A DNA stretch of 64,000 nucleotides. Origin: Eledone cirrhosa (taxonomy: Eukaryota). This document shows positions 38,601 through 50,370 of this stretch, in pieces. Location of the stretch: positions 220,410,001 through 220,474,000 of the forward strand of contig OZ024741.1 in assembly GCA_964016885.1 (NCBI GenBank), read 5' to 3'. The notes below the pieces were generated by a model that was given only the letters and a program-made list of their open reading frames with translations, was not told the origin of the DNA and did no database searches. Every line of letters starts with the position of its first letter. The first letter of the stretch is position 1. Made by a program: the position numbers and the translations under genes.

Positions 38601-39286
38601 TTCTGTCAAGGTTGACCATGCAGGTCACTAATTTGTGGTCTGAATAGCCAACAATGCGCATTTTTGGACAACTTAAAAAGTCCTTATCCTTAATTCTAAC
38701 TAAGAACCTATCTAGGTACGACCTAGATGATCCGCTACGATTTGCCCAAGTCCAGGTTGGCGCAGTCGGAAAATCTAGTCGATATCTATCGGCCAGGTCA
38801 AATCGACCGATTAACCCTTTGAGGCTATTACACCCCTCTCTATCGGGGCAGGCCCCTACGTAGTCCCAGCGTGCATCTAGGATACCATTCCAGTCCCCCA
38901 CTAATAGCAAGGAGCGGGACGTCCCTAGAAAAGTCTCCAGACGATGGAAGAAGTCCGGCCGCATTGACCCGAAAGGGCCGTAGGCGGCTACCAACCTAAA
39001 CGCTCCGCCTTTACCACTGCCAAGGTCCAGAACCACTAGTCGACCCTCCGGGTCCAAATGTACCATCTGTGTTGCGAGACCCAGATGTTTTTGCAGCAGA
39101 ACGACAACTCCACCCCCACCTCCAGGCTGACAGAGAGATGCGTGCATCTCAAAGTCATCAAAGGTGGGGGCCAGCTGTCGCACGTTGCTGATCCGGGCCT
39201 CGCAAATAACCATCACATCTATACGTTGTGACCTGAGGTCATTTAGAAGCATTGCTTGCTTCCAAGTTGAGCCCAGGCCACGCGCA
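35614..39286 (-). mobile_element. L1/Tx1-clade LINE with intact ORF2, truncated at the start of the endonuclease and flanked by (GATA)n
   Basis: ORF2 followed by a 3' UTR of about 260 bp ending AATAAAAGAAA(TATC)n; the 5' junction is also in TATC repeats. Confidence 0.92.
35878..39252 (-). CDS. Tx1/L1 ORF2: APE endonuclease + RT + C-terminal CCHC finger (1124 aa)
   Basis: GDWN, SYLDR, SDH, GPGYWKLN, KSPGLDG, FRPITLLN, LDQSKAFD, RQGCPLS, AYADD, CPRC..ETVAHALVHC. Confidence 0.95.
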   Translation of the reverse strand: MLLNDLRSQRIDVMVICEARISNVRQLAPTFDDFEMHASLCQPGGGGGVVVLLQKHLGLATQMVHLDPEGRLVVLDLGSGKGGAFRLVAAYGPFGSMRPDFFHRLETFLGTSRSLLLVGDWNGILDARWDYVGACPDREGCNSLKGLIGRFDLADRYRLDFPTAPTWTWANRSGSSRSYLDRFLVRIKDKDFLSCPKMRIVGYSDHKLVTCMVNLDRTHRQGPGYWKLNLSLPASRAYRNRISTLVKERLTGAIVNSRWWVSLKREIRVVSIEFSKVLAADRNRKERELIDRVEEAIRSGDVARVLASRTALSQFFDAKHEGCVVRSKIRALGNEGTKAVSWARVTEANSGTKSTIRSLRDLDGRAILEPKQMCEAFQRHFARLFGRGGEPVGNVDFGPYLDGLPRLSDREAKSCEEPISAAEIEDVLSQCGKRKSPGLDGLPYELYLAMPDLFPDLLEAVYCNWQQNGRIPCTVTKGVVTLVRKDENKGDEISNFRPITLLNTELQILAKVLAKRLALVVGNLVGDAQTCAIPSRSIHDNLHLMRYIIERVGNEPGFGGALINLDQSKAFDRVDHGYLDAVLAAAGFGPVFRGWITAMHSSRICSRVKVNGYLSEPFKIARSIRQGCPLSSLLYVLTLEPLLRKLELLQGIPLEPGLRKAVSAYADDVTVMVSTASEIEAVGTLLEEYEKFTGAKLNRDKSIGLQLGTWRGRPMPSDSVVGRWTEGPVKLLGVWFGPDLQVEKNWAEVTNRVFALTQKWASCKLSLKGRAEVANTYIASVIYYRLTVVPCPRETLTKMERALFQFLWKRRAPMVRRSICCQHPSKGGLGMPWLMMRKHALRLRHLYVFLTGQPVWASFVRRTFPRLVSLTELQSWVKQRPRKLGAWHTECAQALTALWQADPVISGDSTATFYRGLVRSRCDDALGEALDMEEDELASLFGRTFSPGPMDNFQKSLAWQCYRGALPVRERLYRHGRPGRDPAKKICPRCVCDEETVAHALVHCSGVADLWGYVEQLLSRVGPIRLTTESIVMIKPPPPFKDEAEAVFLCVIAMAKEVVWWTRLKGLRSGTFLSGQQLVRFFRYHFGRRIRMEREVLHPSRFYERWVKVARMARVNGPSLYIRL

Positions 39287-39739
39287 TAGATAGATAGATG
39301 AACAGGAAGATAAATTGAGAGATAGTGTATGGAGATATGAAGTATTGAAGTGTTGTGTGTTATAATAAAAGCCGCTTAAGTAGAAAACAGTTATGTTCCA
39401 TAAAGTTTCTTCCGGTAGAATGTCAGCCAGCTACGACAGCTGACGATATATATGGCTTTGTTTTATTTTATCACATCAGCTTAATCAATTTTGCTATAGT
39501 ATTTAGATTTAGATACATTATTGACCTGATCAGTTATAGAGGAACTGTAGAAAGATGAAGTTATTTTAAATTATTGTTGTTTGGAAGGAAATTTATTACA
39601 TTCATTTCTGATCGGATTGATGAGTAACAGTCAAGAGCTAGAGCCGCCATGTTGAATTGTTTGGCTCTTCTCTTTAAGAAAAGAAATTGAAATTTATCTA
39701 TCTATTAATTCTTTTCCTTCGCTTTCATTTTCTTTTCCG

Positions 39740-40745
39740 TAGCTCCCGATAGGGTCGTCGGGACGCCATATTGACATACAGCCTTTCTTAGGCATTTTAA
39801 GCCTGGCAGAGCCTATGCCTATCCAGGCCTGAGTACAGCAGATTTCTTCCAGAGAAAGATAGAAAGTGAGAAAGAGAAAGAATGAGAAAGATATATAGAG
39901 GAAGAATCGACCCCAGTACTATACTGGTACTTGTTTTCATCGACCTTGAAAGGATGAAAGGCAAAGTTGACCTCAGCACGATTTGAACTCAGAGAGCAGA
40001 GAGTCGGAACGAGTACGGCAAAGCATTCTATCTGACGTTCTAACGACTCTGCCAATTTGCCGCCTATTTAAATCGGCAGAGTTGTTAAAAACGTAGGATA
40101 GAATGTTTCACGGTAGTCGTTCCAGCTCTCTCCCCTCTCAGTTCAAATTCCACCGTTGTCAACTTTGCCTTTTATCCTTTCAAGGTCGATAAATAAAGTA
40201 TCAATCCAGTACTGAAGTCGATTCTATCTCTCTCGATCTATCAGAAATCGCTGTGGTCATAACGATGGACAGATAGGCACCGCCAGGTATAAATGTCAGA
40301 AACCATACCGTATATTATGGCACCTCTACGCCTCCTTCAAGAGCTAAATCTCATGACATGGGATACATTCTTTCAACTTCCCTGTTGTGGTCAGGGTGGA
40401 CTGGGTGCAACAGGTCTGAAAAACAAAGTCTGGTGAGCACTTCGGTAGTTGAATAAAACCACAATTCAAAGCGATTCTACTCCATGATAAAAAAAAATGG
40501 TTTCTAATTCAGGCACAAGGCCAGCAATTTTGGGGGAGGGAAAAGTCAGTTAAATTAACCCCAGTGCGTTACTGGTACTTTATTAAATTGACTCCACTGC
40601 GTTACTAGTACTTTATTTTATCGACCACCTAAAGAAGAAAAGCAAAGCTAACCTAGGCGGGATTTGGACTTAGAACGTAAAGGGCCGTGACTCTATGCCG
40701 TAAACCATGTTGTCCAACGCTCTATCAATATTACCAATCCACCGG
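39740..40745. mobile_element. SINE-A cluster (- at 39740-40062, + at about 40070-40350, - at 40498-40745)
   Basis: Family head and body motifs in both orientations. Confidence 0.75.
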
Positions 40746-41003
40746 TCTACTCCATGATAAATAATAACTAATTCCTTTATGTAATTTTAAAAAAGAAGCT
40801 GCCTGCCAAGAATTGCATCAGTACAAACATGCAGAAGTATTTAAACTTCTACATTTTTATATAATCTTTTATCGATATTTTAGTAATACAAAATCAATTT
40901 CATGTTTGACAAGAGACATCGAGGCTATATTATTTCATTTTTAAAATGATAAAATCCTTCGTTAGAAAATCGACCACTCCTTCTTTCCTTTCTTCTTCTT
41001 CTT

Positions 41004-41076
<73 letters not shown>

Positions 41077-41299
41077 ATCTATCTATCTACCTACCTTTCT
41101 ATCTATGTATCTATCTATCTACCTACCTACATATATATCTATATATCTATCTACCTACCTATCTATCTAACTCGCACTAGAATCTCTAAATCCTGCTTTC
41201 TGAAATGTTCAGCTGTCCCTCTGTCCTGCTATTTCTACAACATTAAATTAAGAATGATTACGTAATTCCTTAGACTACCATAACAGGAAAAATGTTTTA

Positions 41300-41437
41300 G
41301 TTTACACAAGTACAACTACAATGACGTAATGGAGGCTATAGAGGAATTCTTAGGGTCCTAACGCGAAGAATTTGTTTCATTGAGATAAAGGCGCTTCTGC
41401 CCTATGGAGCAAGAGGTGGGTTATGTAGAAAAATAAA
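41300..41437 (+). mobile_element. Possible decayed mariner transposase C-terminal fragment
   Basis: Degenerate peptide NDVMEAIEEFLG..GYVEK* resembles mariner C-termini; the match is weak. Confidence 0.3.
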
Positions 41438-41454
41438 AACATTGAAAATTCTAA

Positions 41455-41657
41455 GTCCCGGGAAACCACATTATGTTTACACTCTACTAATGTACTCAAT
41501 AAATTAGTAGAGTGTAAACATAATGTTTAATATAGAAATGGCTTCTACGGGACTAGAAGTGTTTCATTTAAAAGAAATCATCAGGAAAGCTTTTCCTGGT
41601 GATTTCTTTTGAATGAAACAGTTCTAGTCCTGTAGAAGCTATTTCTATATTAAACAT
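41455..41657. mobile_element. Fold-back family F1 copy with two opposed hammerhead motifs
   Basis: Palindrome at 41523-41657 centred on AGGAAAGCTTTTCCT; a second nested hairpin lies at about 41469-41525. Confidence 0.8.
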
Positions 41658-42099
41658 ATATGTGTGTGTGTGTGTGTGCGTGCGCGCGCGCGTGTGTGTG
41701 TGTGTGTGTGTCTGTGTCTGTGTGTGTGTGTGTGCGTGCGCGTGCGTGTGTGTATATTTGTGCGCGTGTAGTCGTATAGGCAGCTCTAAAGACAGGACTT
41801 TGTCAGTCAACGAACCATTTACTGCTAAAAAAAATCCAGTCCATTATCCAACGTTTGAGTATCTTTTTTTCCGCAGTTATACGACACTATTATTGTAATT
41901 GCTCCTTGTCTAACTTAAATGAATTTAGAGCTAATTATCGTTACTATACGCTGTTTTGTCTTTAATGTTTCTCTATAAATGAATAATGTTGGAAATTGCC
42001 ACACTCAAATAGTCCACTAAATACGATAGAAAAATACAATAAAATATATAAGGTATATAAAAAACGCATTTTTTTTACCAGACAACTCAACAACAGTGT

Positions 42100-43520
42100 A
42101 TTTGATGGTGTGGTGGGGGTATGTTGGTGTGGTGGGGTGTGATGGTTTGATGATGTGGTGCTGTGGTGGGCTCTGATGGTGTGGTGGGGGTATGGTGGTG
42201 TGGTGAGGTGTGATGGTTTGATGATGTGGTGCTGTGGTGGGCTCTGATGGTGTGGTGGGGGTATGGTGGTGTGGTGGGCTGTGATGGTTTGATGATGTGG
42301 TGCTGTGGTGGGCTCTGATGGTGTGGTGAGGGTATGGTGCTGTGGTGAGGTGTGATGGTTTGATGATGTGATGCTGTGGTGGGGTGTGATGGTGCCTATG
42401 TGTGTACTTTGAATGAACCTAATGTAACGTAAATATAAGTGTTTTATGTGTGGTAGATATATATGTGTATATATGTGTGGTATGTACATGTCAGGATATA
42501 TGGATGACTCTGCTGTAATTTCCCCTGAAAATTAAGTAATGGCTGCTTTCCTCATTAGCAATTGTCACTTTTGCCTCGTTTTCAGTACATGAGGAAGAAC
42601 GTACTTAATGTCTGCTTGAATCGGAGTTGTTGTTGCCTGTAGGAACGGCGATTAGTCCAATGCTGTAAGTTGTTGTTGTTGTTGGTGGTGGTGGTGGTAG
42701 TGACAGTGGTGGTGGTGACTTGTGGTGGTGGTGACAGTGGTGGTGGTGACAGTGGTGGTGGTGACAGTGGTGGTGGTGACAGTGGTGGTGGTGACAGTGG
42801 TGGTGGTGACTTGTGGTGGTGGTGGTGACAGTGGTGGTGCTGACAGTGGTGGTGACAGGTGGTGGTGGTGACAGTGGTGGTGCTGACAGTGGTGGTGGTG
42901 ACAGTGGTGGTGGTGACTTGTGGTGGTGGTGGTGACAGTGGTGGTGCTGACAGTGGTGGTGACAGGTGGTGGTGGTGACAGTGGTGGTGCTGACAGTGGT
43001 GGTGGTGACAGTGGTGGTGGTGACTTGTGGTGGTGGTGGTGACAGTGGTGGTGGTGACTGGTGGTGGTGGTGACAGGTGGTGGTGGTGACAGTGGTGGTG
43101 GTGACTGGTGGTGGTGGTGACAGTGGTGGTGGTGACAGTGGTGGTGGTGACAGTGGTGGTGGTGACTGGTGGTGGTGGTGACAGTGGTGGTGGTGACTGG
43201 TGGTGGTGGTGACAGGTAGTGGTGGTGACAGTGATGGTGGTGACTTGTGGTGGTGGTGACAGTGGTGGTGGTGACAGTGGCGGTGGTGACTTGTGGTGGT
43301 GGTGACAGTGGTGGTGGTGACAGTGGCGGTGGTCACTGGTTGTGGTGGTGACTGGTGGTGGTGGTGGTGGTGACAGTGGTGGTGGTGACTGGTGGTGGTG
43401 GTGACAGTGGTGGTGGTGACTGGTAGTGGTGACTGGTAGTGGTGGTGACTGGTGGTGGTGGTGACAGTGGTGGTGGTGACTGGTGGTGGTGGTGAAAGTG
43501 GTTGTGGTGCTGGTGCTGGT
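42100..43520. repeat. (GGT)n-rich minisatellites (42100-42395 and 42670-43520)
   Basis: GGTGGTGGTGACAGT-type units. Confidence 0.9.
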
Positions 43521-43779
43521 GAAAGTGCAGATGGTTTATCAAAACCATTCCAGACATTGTCATACCATTTCCTTTTCATTTCAAACATAATGTAACTAGG
43601 ACTATATTATCCGATGTATGTTTTTTTTTTTGTTTTAAGACAGTCTAATATGATTTGAGGAAGATTTGGCTGATATTTCTAGCAGATATACTGACCATAC
43701 AGTGGCACTCCCCTATTAGTTAGTATACCTCTGTATTTGTTAAGCAGTGAGAAGTAACTGGCTTTTATATGGTTTAGCT

Positions 43780-44130
43780 CAGTGGTTCCCAACCTTTTGT
43801 GCACCGCGCCCTTCCCCAACAAAAATTGTTATGTCCCCTCCCTTTTGATATGAAACTAGCAATGGTCAACTGCAATGTGTAAGCAAATTGGCGTTCAGGT
43901 GGTGCCAGATGCCCAATAAGGTGTGGAGTAGGTGAGACAGGAGTTTCTTGCAGTAACGTGTACCAAAGTTGCCTTGGTATAAAGGTAATAAGGTAAAACT
44001 TAAAGTTTGTTGTTAGTAACATCATTTTTGAATTTGAAGTTTGTTCCTAGTAACATCATTTTTTAATTCCTCTCCTTAAATACTCAAATTACCCCCCAAT
44101 GAGGCGTGCGCCCCTTGTTCGGAATCATTG
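43780..44130. mobile_element. hAT (Charlie-type) MITE
   Basis: TIRs CAGTGGTTCCCAAC and GTTCGGAATCATTG; 8-bp TSD GTTTAGCT/GTTTAGTT. Confidence 0.85.
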
Positions 44131-44411
44131 GTTTAGTTAAAGGAAGAAAGTCTATGCCATATTTGCAGGGCTTCTAAGGTTGGTGTCGGGAAAGTAAAGA
44201 ACAAATTATCACACTTGCTTTTCTTCAGATTGGAGATCTAGGTCGAGAGGTAGCAAAAGAGTGTATTCTGACAAAATCACTCAAAGGCCATATGGCTGTG
44301 TTAAACGGGACAACGGGTTAAATTTACCAACCGAGATCAGGTACAGTATATTCGATGTATAGCTTTATAATATTTGTCTCCCCAATTTAAACGAAAATTC
44401 TTCGGTAAATG

Positions 44412-44761
44412 TAGGGCCGGATTTATCAAGGGAATAAGGAGGCAAATGCTCTGCACCCCTTCTTTGAACAGAGCCCCAGAGTATGTTTTTAAAAATGTAA
44501 TTGATGTCGCTTTTCTGCCAACTTATCGAACTTTCTCTACTTTAGCGACACCAATTGATGAAATTAGGGATAACTAACAGCTTTATATGCTGTAACGCTT
44601 GCATGTATAGTTTTATTAATGATGGTGCTCGATGTGTATATATATTTTTTTGTGTGTATGTGTGGTCATATGTTTGTATGTATGTGTGGTGTGTGTTGTT
44701 ATATCCGGGGCTCACGAAAGCTAAATTGTCCCGGGTCTCCCAAATTCTTAATCTGGTCCTA
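44412..44761. mobile_element. hAT-type MITE
   Basis: TIRs TAGGGCCGGATTTA and TTAATCTGGTCCTA; degenerate 8-bp TSD GGTAAATG/GGTCTATG. Confidence 0.7.
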
Positions 44762-46068
44762 GGTCTATGATGGAAAATACTTGACCAATGTAAATAATAT
44801 ACACTTTTCTAACTAAAGTAGCTCACGATGCCCGGCTCAAAACAGACACATAAATAAACTTTTACAAGCTAACTTTACTAGCCTTGTCTTCCAGTATGCA
44901 CACCTACAAGGATAGAGAGTTAGAAAATAGAAGTAAGAAACAAATATAGAGGAACAATCGACCTCAGTACTACACTGGTACTTTTTTTATCGATCTCGAA
45001 TGCATGAAAGGCAAAGTTGATCTCGGCGGGATTTGAACTCACAGAGCACACATTAGAGGTCAATACAATATGTACCAGACAAATACTGGGGTCAATTGTT
45101 TTTTATCGATTTCTTACTTCCATGTTGTCACTCTATCTTTCTCTGTAAGAAATTTGCTGTATTCAGGCCTGGAGAAGAGATGGGCCCCACCAAGCTTTAA
45201 AAAATGCACTAGAAATGCTGTATACGCCACTACAACTCCCTCGGGAGTTACGGGACCTTACATATCTAATGTACATATCTAATTTTTGTTTATGATAGAC
45301 TGTGTGATTAAATGAAAATATGGTTGCTACTAACATGTGTCACCAGATTAGAGCCTCTGAAATCTGTTTGTTATCGTTGTTGTTTAGCCACAGGTAATCG
45401 TTTTTTGAACGGTGAGGACTGGGGCAAATGCGCCCCAGTCCTCACCGTCCCTTATTTCGCTTTAGCTATCAAAAACTCTTCTACCAGAGATGCGACTGGT
45501 AGATGGTATTAATCATTCGAAAGACCAATGGAAACATGTGACAAGTTCCATCCCTCGCGAATAAGGACTAGGACTTTGTAGATTCAGATCAAATCAAATC
45601 AACAACTACATTATCTAATAAGTCCTTTAAGTTTTTTTGTTGTTTTTTTAAACAGTGTTGTGAAATTTAAAGAAGATTTGACGTCTATTTCTAGCAGACC
45701 AGTTGAACGTTTTCAACGCTTTCCTTTGTTCACCTGGAAAGACCTGGTTCAGTGAGTCACACAATGGAAACGGTGCTCTGTTTTAAACGTTCCTTTTGAC
45801 TGCATGCCACTAGTATTCTTTCCATATCTGTCAGACGTACAGACATAACCAGTGAAGCTCTATTGAGAAAACATTGAAATCGTTACTGTTAAACATTAAA
45901 AAATAACCCTGAAAATATGCTCATAGCAGTAACCTAATTAGTTAATAGCATGGCAGGAAATTATTCCCAGAGGATATATACACACATATTTGTCTGTACT
46001 TTGTGTATTTCTAATTGTAAGACTACACAAATGTACGATTATACACCCCTTTGGAATTCCCTAACACA

Positions 46069-46211
<143 letters not shown>

Positions 46212-46234
46212 ATCTGTGTGTGTGTGTGTGTGTG

Positions 46235-46640
46235 AAGGCGGAGGCTTTGTAGTTAGAGCGTTGAGTTCAAACTCGTAAGGTTCTGAGTTCGAATCTGGGA
46301 CCGTTGTGTTTTGTTCTTAAGCAAGACACTTTATTTCACGTTGCTCCAGTTTACTCAGTTGTAGAAATGAGTTGCGACGTCACTGGTGCCGAGCTGTATC
46401 GGCCATTGCCTTTCTTTCAGACAACATCATATATAATGTATATATAGTGTTGTAATGTCACTGGTGTTAAGCCGTATCGGCCATTGCCTTTCCCTTGGAC
46501 AACATCGGTGGTGTGGAGATGGGAGAATGGTATGTATGGCTGATTGCTGGTCTTCCACAAACAACCTTGACCAGACTTGTGCATCGGAGGTGAACTTTCT
46601 AAGTGCAAAACATGGTCATTCGTGAGCGATAAGGGGTTCT
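46235..46640 (+). mobile_element. CORE-like SINE family B, near full length
   Basis: tRNA-like head (GAGTTCGAATC) followed by CORE-like GCAAGACACTTTATTTCACGTTGCTCCAGTTTACTCAGTTGTAGAAATGAG. Confidence 0.75.
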
Positions 46641-46661
46641 TTTTTACGCGTGCGCGTGTGT

Positions 46662-46843
46662 GTCCTGGGTTCGGTTCGGGGTAACCACATTTAGTAAGGT
46701 ACTCAATACATTAGTAGAGTGTATATATATATAATGTTTAATATAGAAATGGCTTTTACAGGACGTGAACTGTTTCATTCAAAAGAAGGATGAGTTCTTT
46801 TGAATGAAACAGTTCTTGACCTGTAGAAGCCAATTTTATATTA

Positions 46844-46845
<2 letters not shown>
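46662..46845. mobile_element. Fold-back family F1 copy
   Basis: Palindrome at about 46738-46845, centred inside the hammerhead core (..AAGAAGGATGAGTTCTT..). Confidence 0.8.
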
Positions 46846-46882
<37 letters not shown>

Positions 46883-46893
46883 TAACAGATTAA

Positions 46894-46944
46894 AGTTTAA
46901 GCAAAGAATCGCTGCTTTCACCCTTAATGGGATCTTCTGAAACT
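46894..46944 (-). ncRNA. Type I hammerhead motif (family F2 pLTR)
   Basis: agttt-CAGAAGA-t-ccc-attaa-ggg-t-GAAA-gca-gcgattctt-tgc-TT-aaact; 5-bp stem I, one core change (U4 to A). Confidence 0.6.
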
Positions 46945-47622
46945 AAAAAAATCAATCTGTGAACGCAGAAGTAAATATTTCAAAAATCGTTGCAACCGAA
47001 GGAAGACAGGAAGACGATACTTTGGTTTGTGGAAACGTTCCCTGGCAAAGAACGGATAAAGTCAAAGATAATACGTCATTAATTTGGAGCAGTGAAAACA
47101 ATTACACGCAAAGACAGAACCACGTTTATGGTATAAATGAAGTCGTAGACTAATATTCTGTTAGGTGGTTCGCGGAGAGAATCCATACTTACACGCTTTT
47201 ACCAATACAGTGTATTTTGTGGATGAGCATAGATGGAGTTGTGTGTATGCCAACAAGTGACCCCCCAACAAAAGCCTCTACGGTTGCAAAAATAACAACA
47301 ACAGTAACAACAATGGCAGCAACAACCACTGCGATACATCCGCCTATGAGCAAGTTTAATACTAAAGTCAAGTCGATCGCATCGATTAAGACATTCAGCT
47401 AATCGTCAGCGAATCACGTGTCACTTTAGATGAAGACAAAACATGTTGAATTGAAACTTCATTCTCTTTTCCTTTATGTAAACATTCTGCTGACTAAAAT
47501 GACACATTTTAACTTGAATCACGCTGTTTCGGTAGTAACATGTACTGCTCATAATTGTGTAACCTGCAGTAATTGAATGAAAACATTTCTACATAAGAGA
47601 GACCGTGTGTATATGTATGTGC

Positions 47623-47688
<66 letters not shown>

Positions 47689-48369
47689 CATACAAACACA
47701 TATATACACAAACACACACATATATATATATATACACATATTCCTTATACAGTTATATAATTATATATGCACACCCATATAAAGAAAATACAAATCTCTC
47801 GGCTACATTGCAATTGATTGCAAAATTACCTCTCATAGATTATCCCACAGGAGAGAAATAGCTGCTTGGTGAAAACATTCTTTCACAAATTATATAAAAT
47901 GGTCCTCCGTTGCTCTCGACTATGCGTATTCCAATTCGATGAACGGAACAGCTTTTCTTTTTTTCTTTTTCTTCTTCGCCCACTTATTTCTGAGAGGGTC
48001 ATGGCGGCAAAGACCTCAAACACTCGTTCTAGCATAGGTAAGGGTTGGTACGAAAACCATAGGTAAGGGTTGGTACGAAAACCGAATTGAAGACTACGAG
48101 TTCGGCTTTTACGCCTGCCCCCTTTCTTCTGATTACTGAATCTTATAAACGGAACATTTTGTTTATAAAATTAATAAGCGTGTGGCTTAATGTGTATGAC
48201 AAGGCTGGCCCTTTGAATAGCATGTACCTCCAATGAGATTCCAAACAGTTTCATTCTCGACCTAATTTCGCTCACAAGACATGGGTCGACCCGTGGCTAC
48301 AATAAATAACATTTGACCAATATGCCACGCAGCTGGATTGAAACTCGGGTCTAATGAGTGTGGACATTA

Positions 48370-48550
48370 ATTTGGCAGTATCGGTAGAGAGTCGGACGCC
48401 ATGCTTTCCAGCATAGTTACGTCACTTTACGGTCTGAGTTCAAATCCCGTCGAGGTTAACTTTGCCTTTCATCCTTAGGGGGTCGATAAAATAAAGTACC
48501 AGTAATGTATTGGGTAATTGCTGGCCTTGTGCCTAAAGTAGAAACAATTA
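48370..48550 (+). mobile_element. SINE-A
   Basis: Full family match. Confidence 0.85.
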
Positions 48551-50007
48551 TTTATATACATGCTACAGAGTTCATCAAATTTCTTGTAGTCTTTTACTGT
48601 CTTCAGTCATTGGACCTTGGCCATGCTGAGGCACTGCCTTGAAGGAATCTAGTCTTGCAGTCTTTTACTGGTTTGTAATTGGACCGTGGCCATGCCGGAG
48701 CCACAACCTGTAGAATATACAAGTATAACTCACATTACGTAGTTAATTGTTTCCAGAAGTCAAGACGTAAGTTGAAGCAGAAAAACGAAGTCGAATTAAG
48801 CCCCCTATAAATTAATAAAATTGTGTGAAAATGTATAACGTAGCGATTAGGTTGTTGGTGTTACAGTCGTAAGATTGTGATTTCGAACCCCAGACTGGGT
48901 GTTGTGTGTTTCAGCAAAGCACTTCATTTCATGTTGCTCCAGTTAAAATACTAAATGGACACCAGCCGTGGAGGTGTGACTCTCAGTTGCTGATCGCTCC
49001 CAAAGTCAGGAGAATCTCTGGTCCTCATTCCATCAGTGCAATTATGGAAATATCGTTGTAAATCTCTAATACTGCATTACATATTTCGTTTAAAAGAATA
49101 TATTTTGGGGGTGAGAAGTGTCCAGCTTCTATCTACTTGCCCACATCTTCTCCCACCCACTCCAAGCTTGAAGTCAGCAGTCATAGATATGAACCAGCAG
49201 TCATAGATTCAAACCAATAAACATGTACCTATGTGGTCGATCGATCTGCTAAAACTGGCAACTGAATCTTCCCTAAACCACAATATACTATCTTGAAAGA
49301 GAAAGACCACATTTCACAGTATAGTTCTAGATATATAGAGAGAAGAGATCGTCATAGAAAGCTTATAGGTCTGCTTGATCTAATCTGATCTGCAGCTAAA
49401 CCACAACAGTAACATCAACAACAAAAATACGAGGATCAGAAACATTCTTTCTATAATCCCCTGAAACATTGATGGCCCAACTGAATTTCACATTAACAGA
49501 CCTGCCAACGTCTAAAAACCCAAATAGGAAGTACCATGAAAAAAAGTGCCCTAAAACGAAGAGAAATAAGTGAAAATGGGGAGATTTTACGTAATGAAAA
49601 TTATACCCATTTTCAAAAGAGAAGACTTCTCTCACCCGCATCAAAGTGGGTGGGAGATATCCCCGTCCGACGGGGAGAATTAACAGGTCTGCAACAAAAC
49701 AGAAGATCCCATAGGATTTACCCTTTTCTATAAATATCATCTCGGGGCCTCCTTTAATTATTATTTGTTTTTTTTTGTTTTGTTTCTGAGAGGGGGAATA
49801 CAGAAAAAGGTCCTCTCCTTTGTGAGACAAAATGATATTAGCTTTCTCATTCCTGCTTCTCAATATATTCAAGGGACAAGGAGACACGGTTCTTTTCAAT
49901 ATTAAGCTGTCATTGATCCATTCTCGACTGTCAATACTTCATATTCAATTGTTGGAAGTTGAAGGTTATTCAAGCCAAACTAAAAGTATGGTTTAAAACT
50001 CATTCAG

Positions 50008-50370
50008 ATGGTGGATGGGTGCTACACGAGAATGTTGAGGATGGCTCTGAACATTAATCAGTATACACTGAGTATAAAGAACTCAGAGCTGTACGGGAGC
50101 CTCCCAAAAGTCAGCTCAAGAGTGACACAGAGGAGACCGAGGTTAGCTCACAAACATGCTCACCAACATCCAGAGTTGACATTGCACTCAGTGCTCCTGT
50201 GGGAGCCCCTGCATGGAAACACTGGAAGAGGAAGACCCAGGTTAACATATGTTGATGCCCTAAGGACAGACACTGGTCTGATGGAGACGCAGGACATGGC
50301 AGCGATAATGAGGGACAGAGACCGCTGGAGAGAACTCGTCCATGGATCTCGGGAATTTTACCCGCCCTTG
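50008..50370 (+). mobile_element. RTE-like LINE C-terminal fragment
   Basis: DGCYTRMLRMALNI..LLWEP.HG..GRGRP..TYVD.L..D..M.DR..W. Confidence 0.75.

Noticed and set aside
42605-43588. 327-aa Pro/Thr/His-rich mucin- or extensin-like ORF
   Set aside because: The translation drifts among the three frames of a (CCA)n minisatellite, and there is no signal peptide or domain.
49396-49899. 167-aa ORF
   Set aside because: No recognisable motifs; probably decayed repeat sequence.
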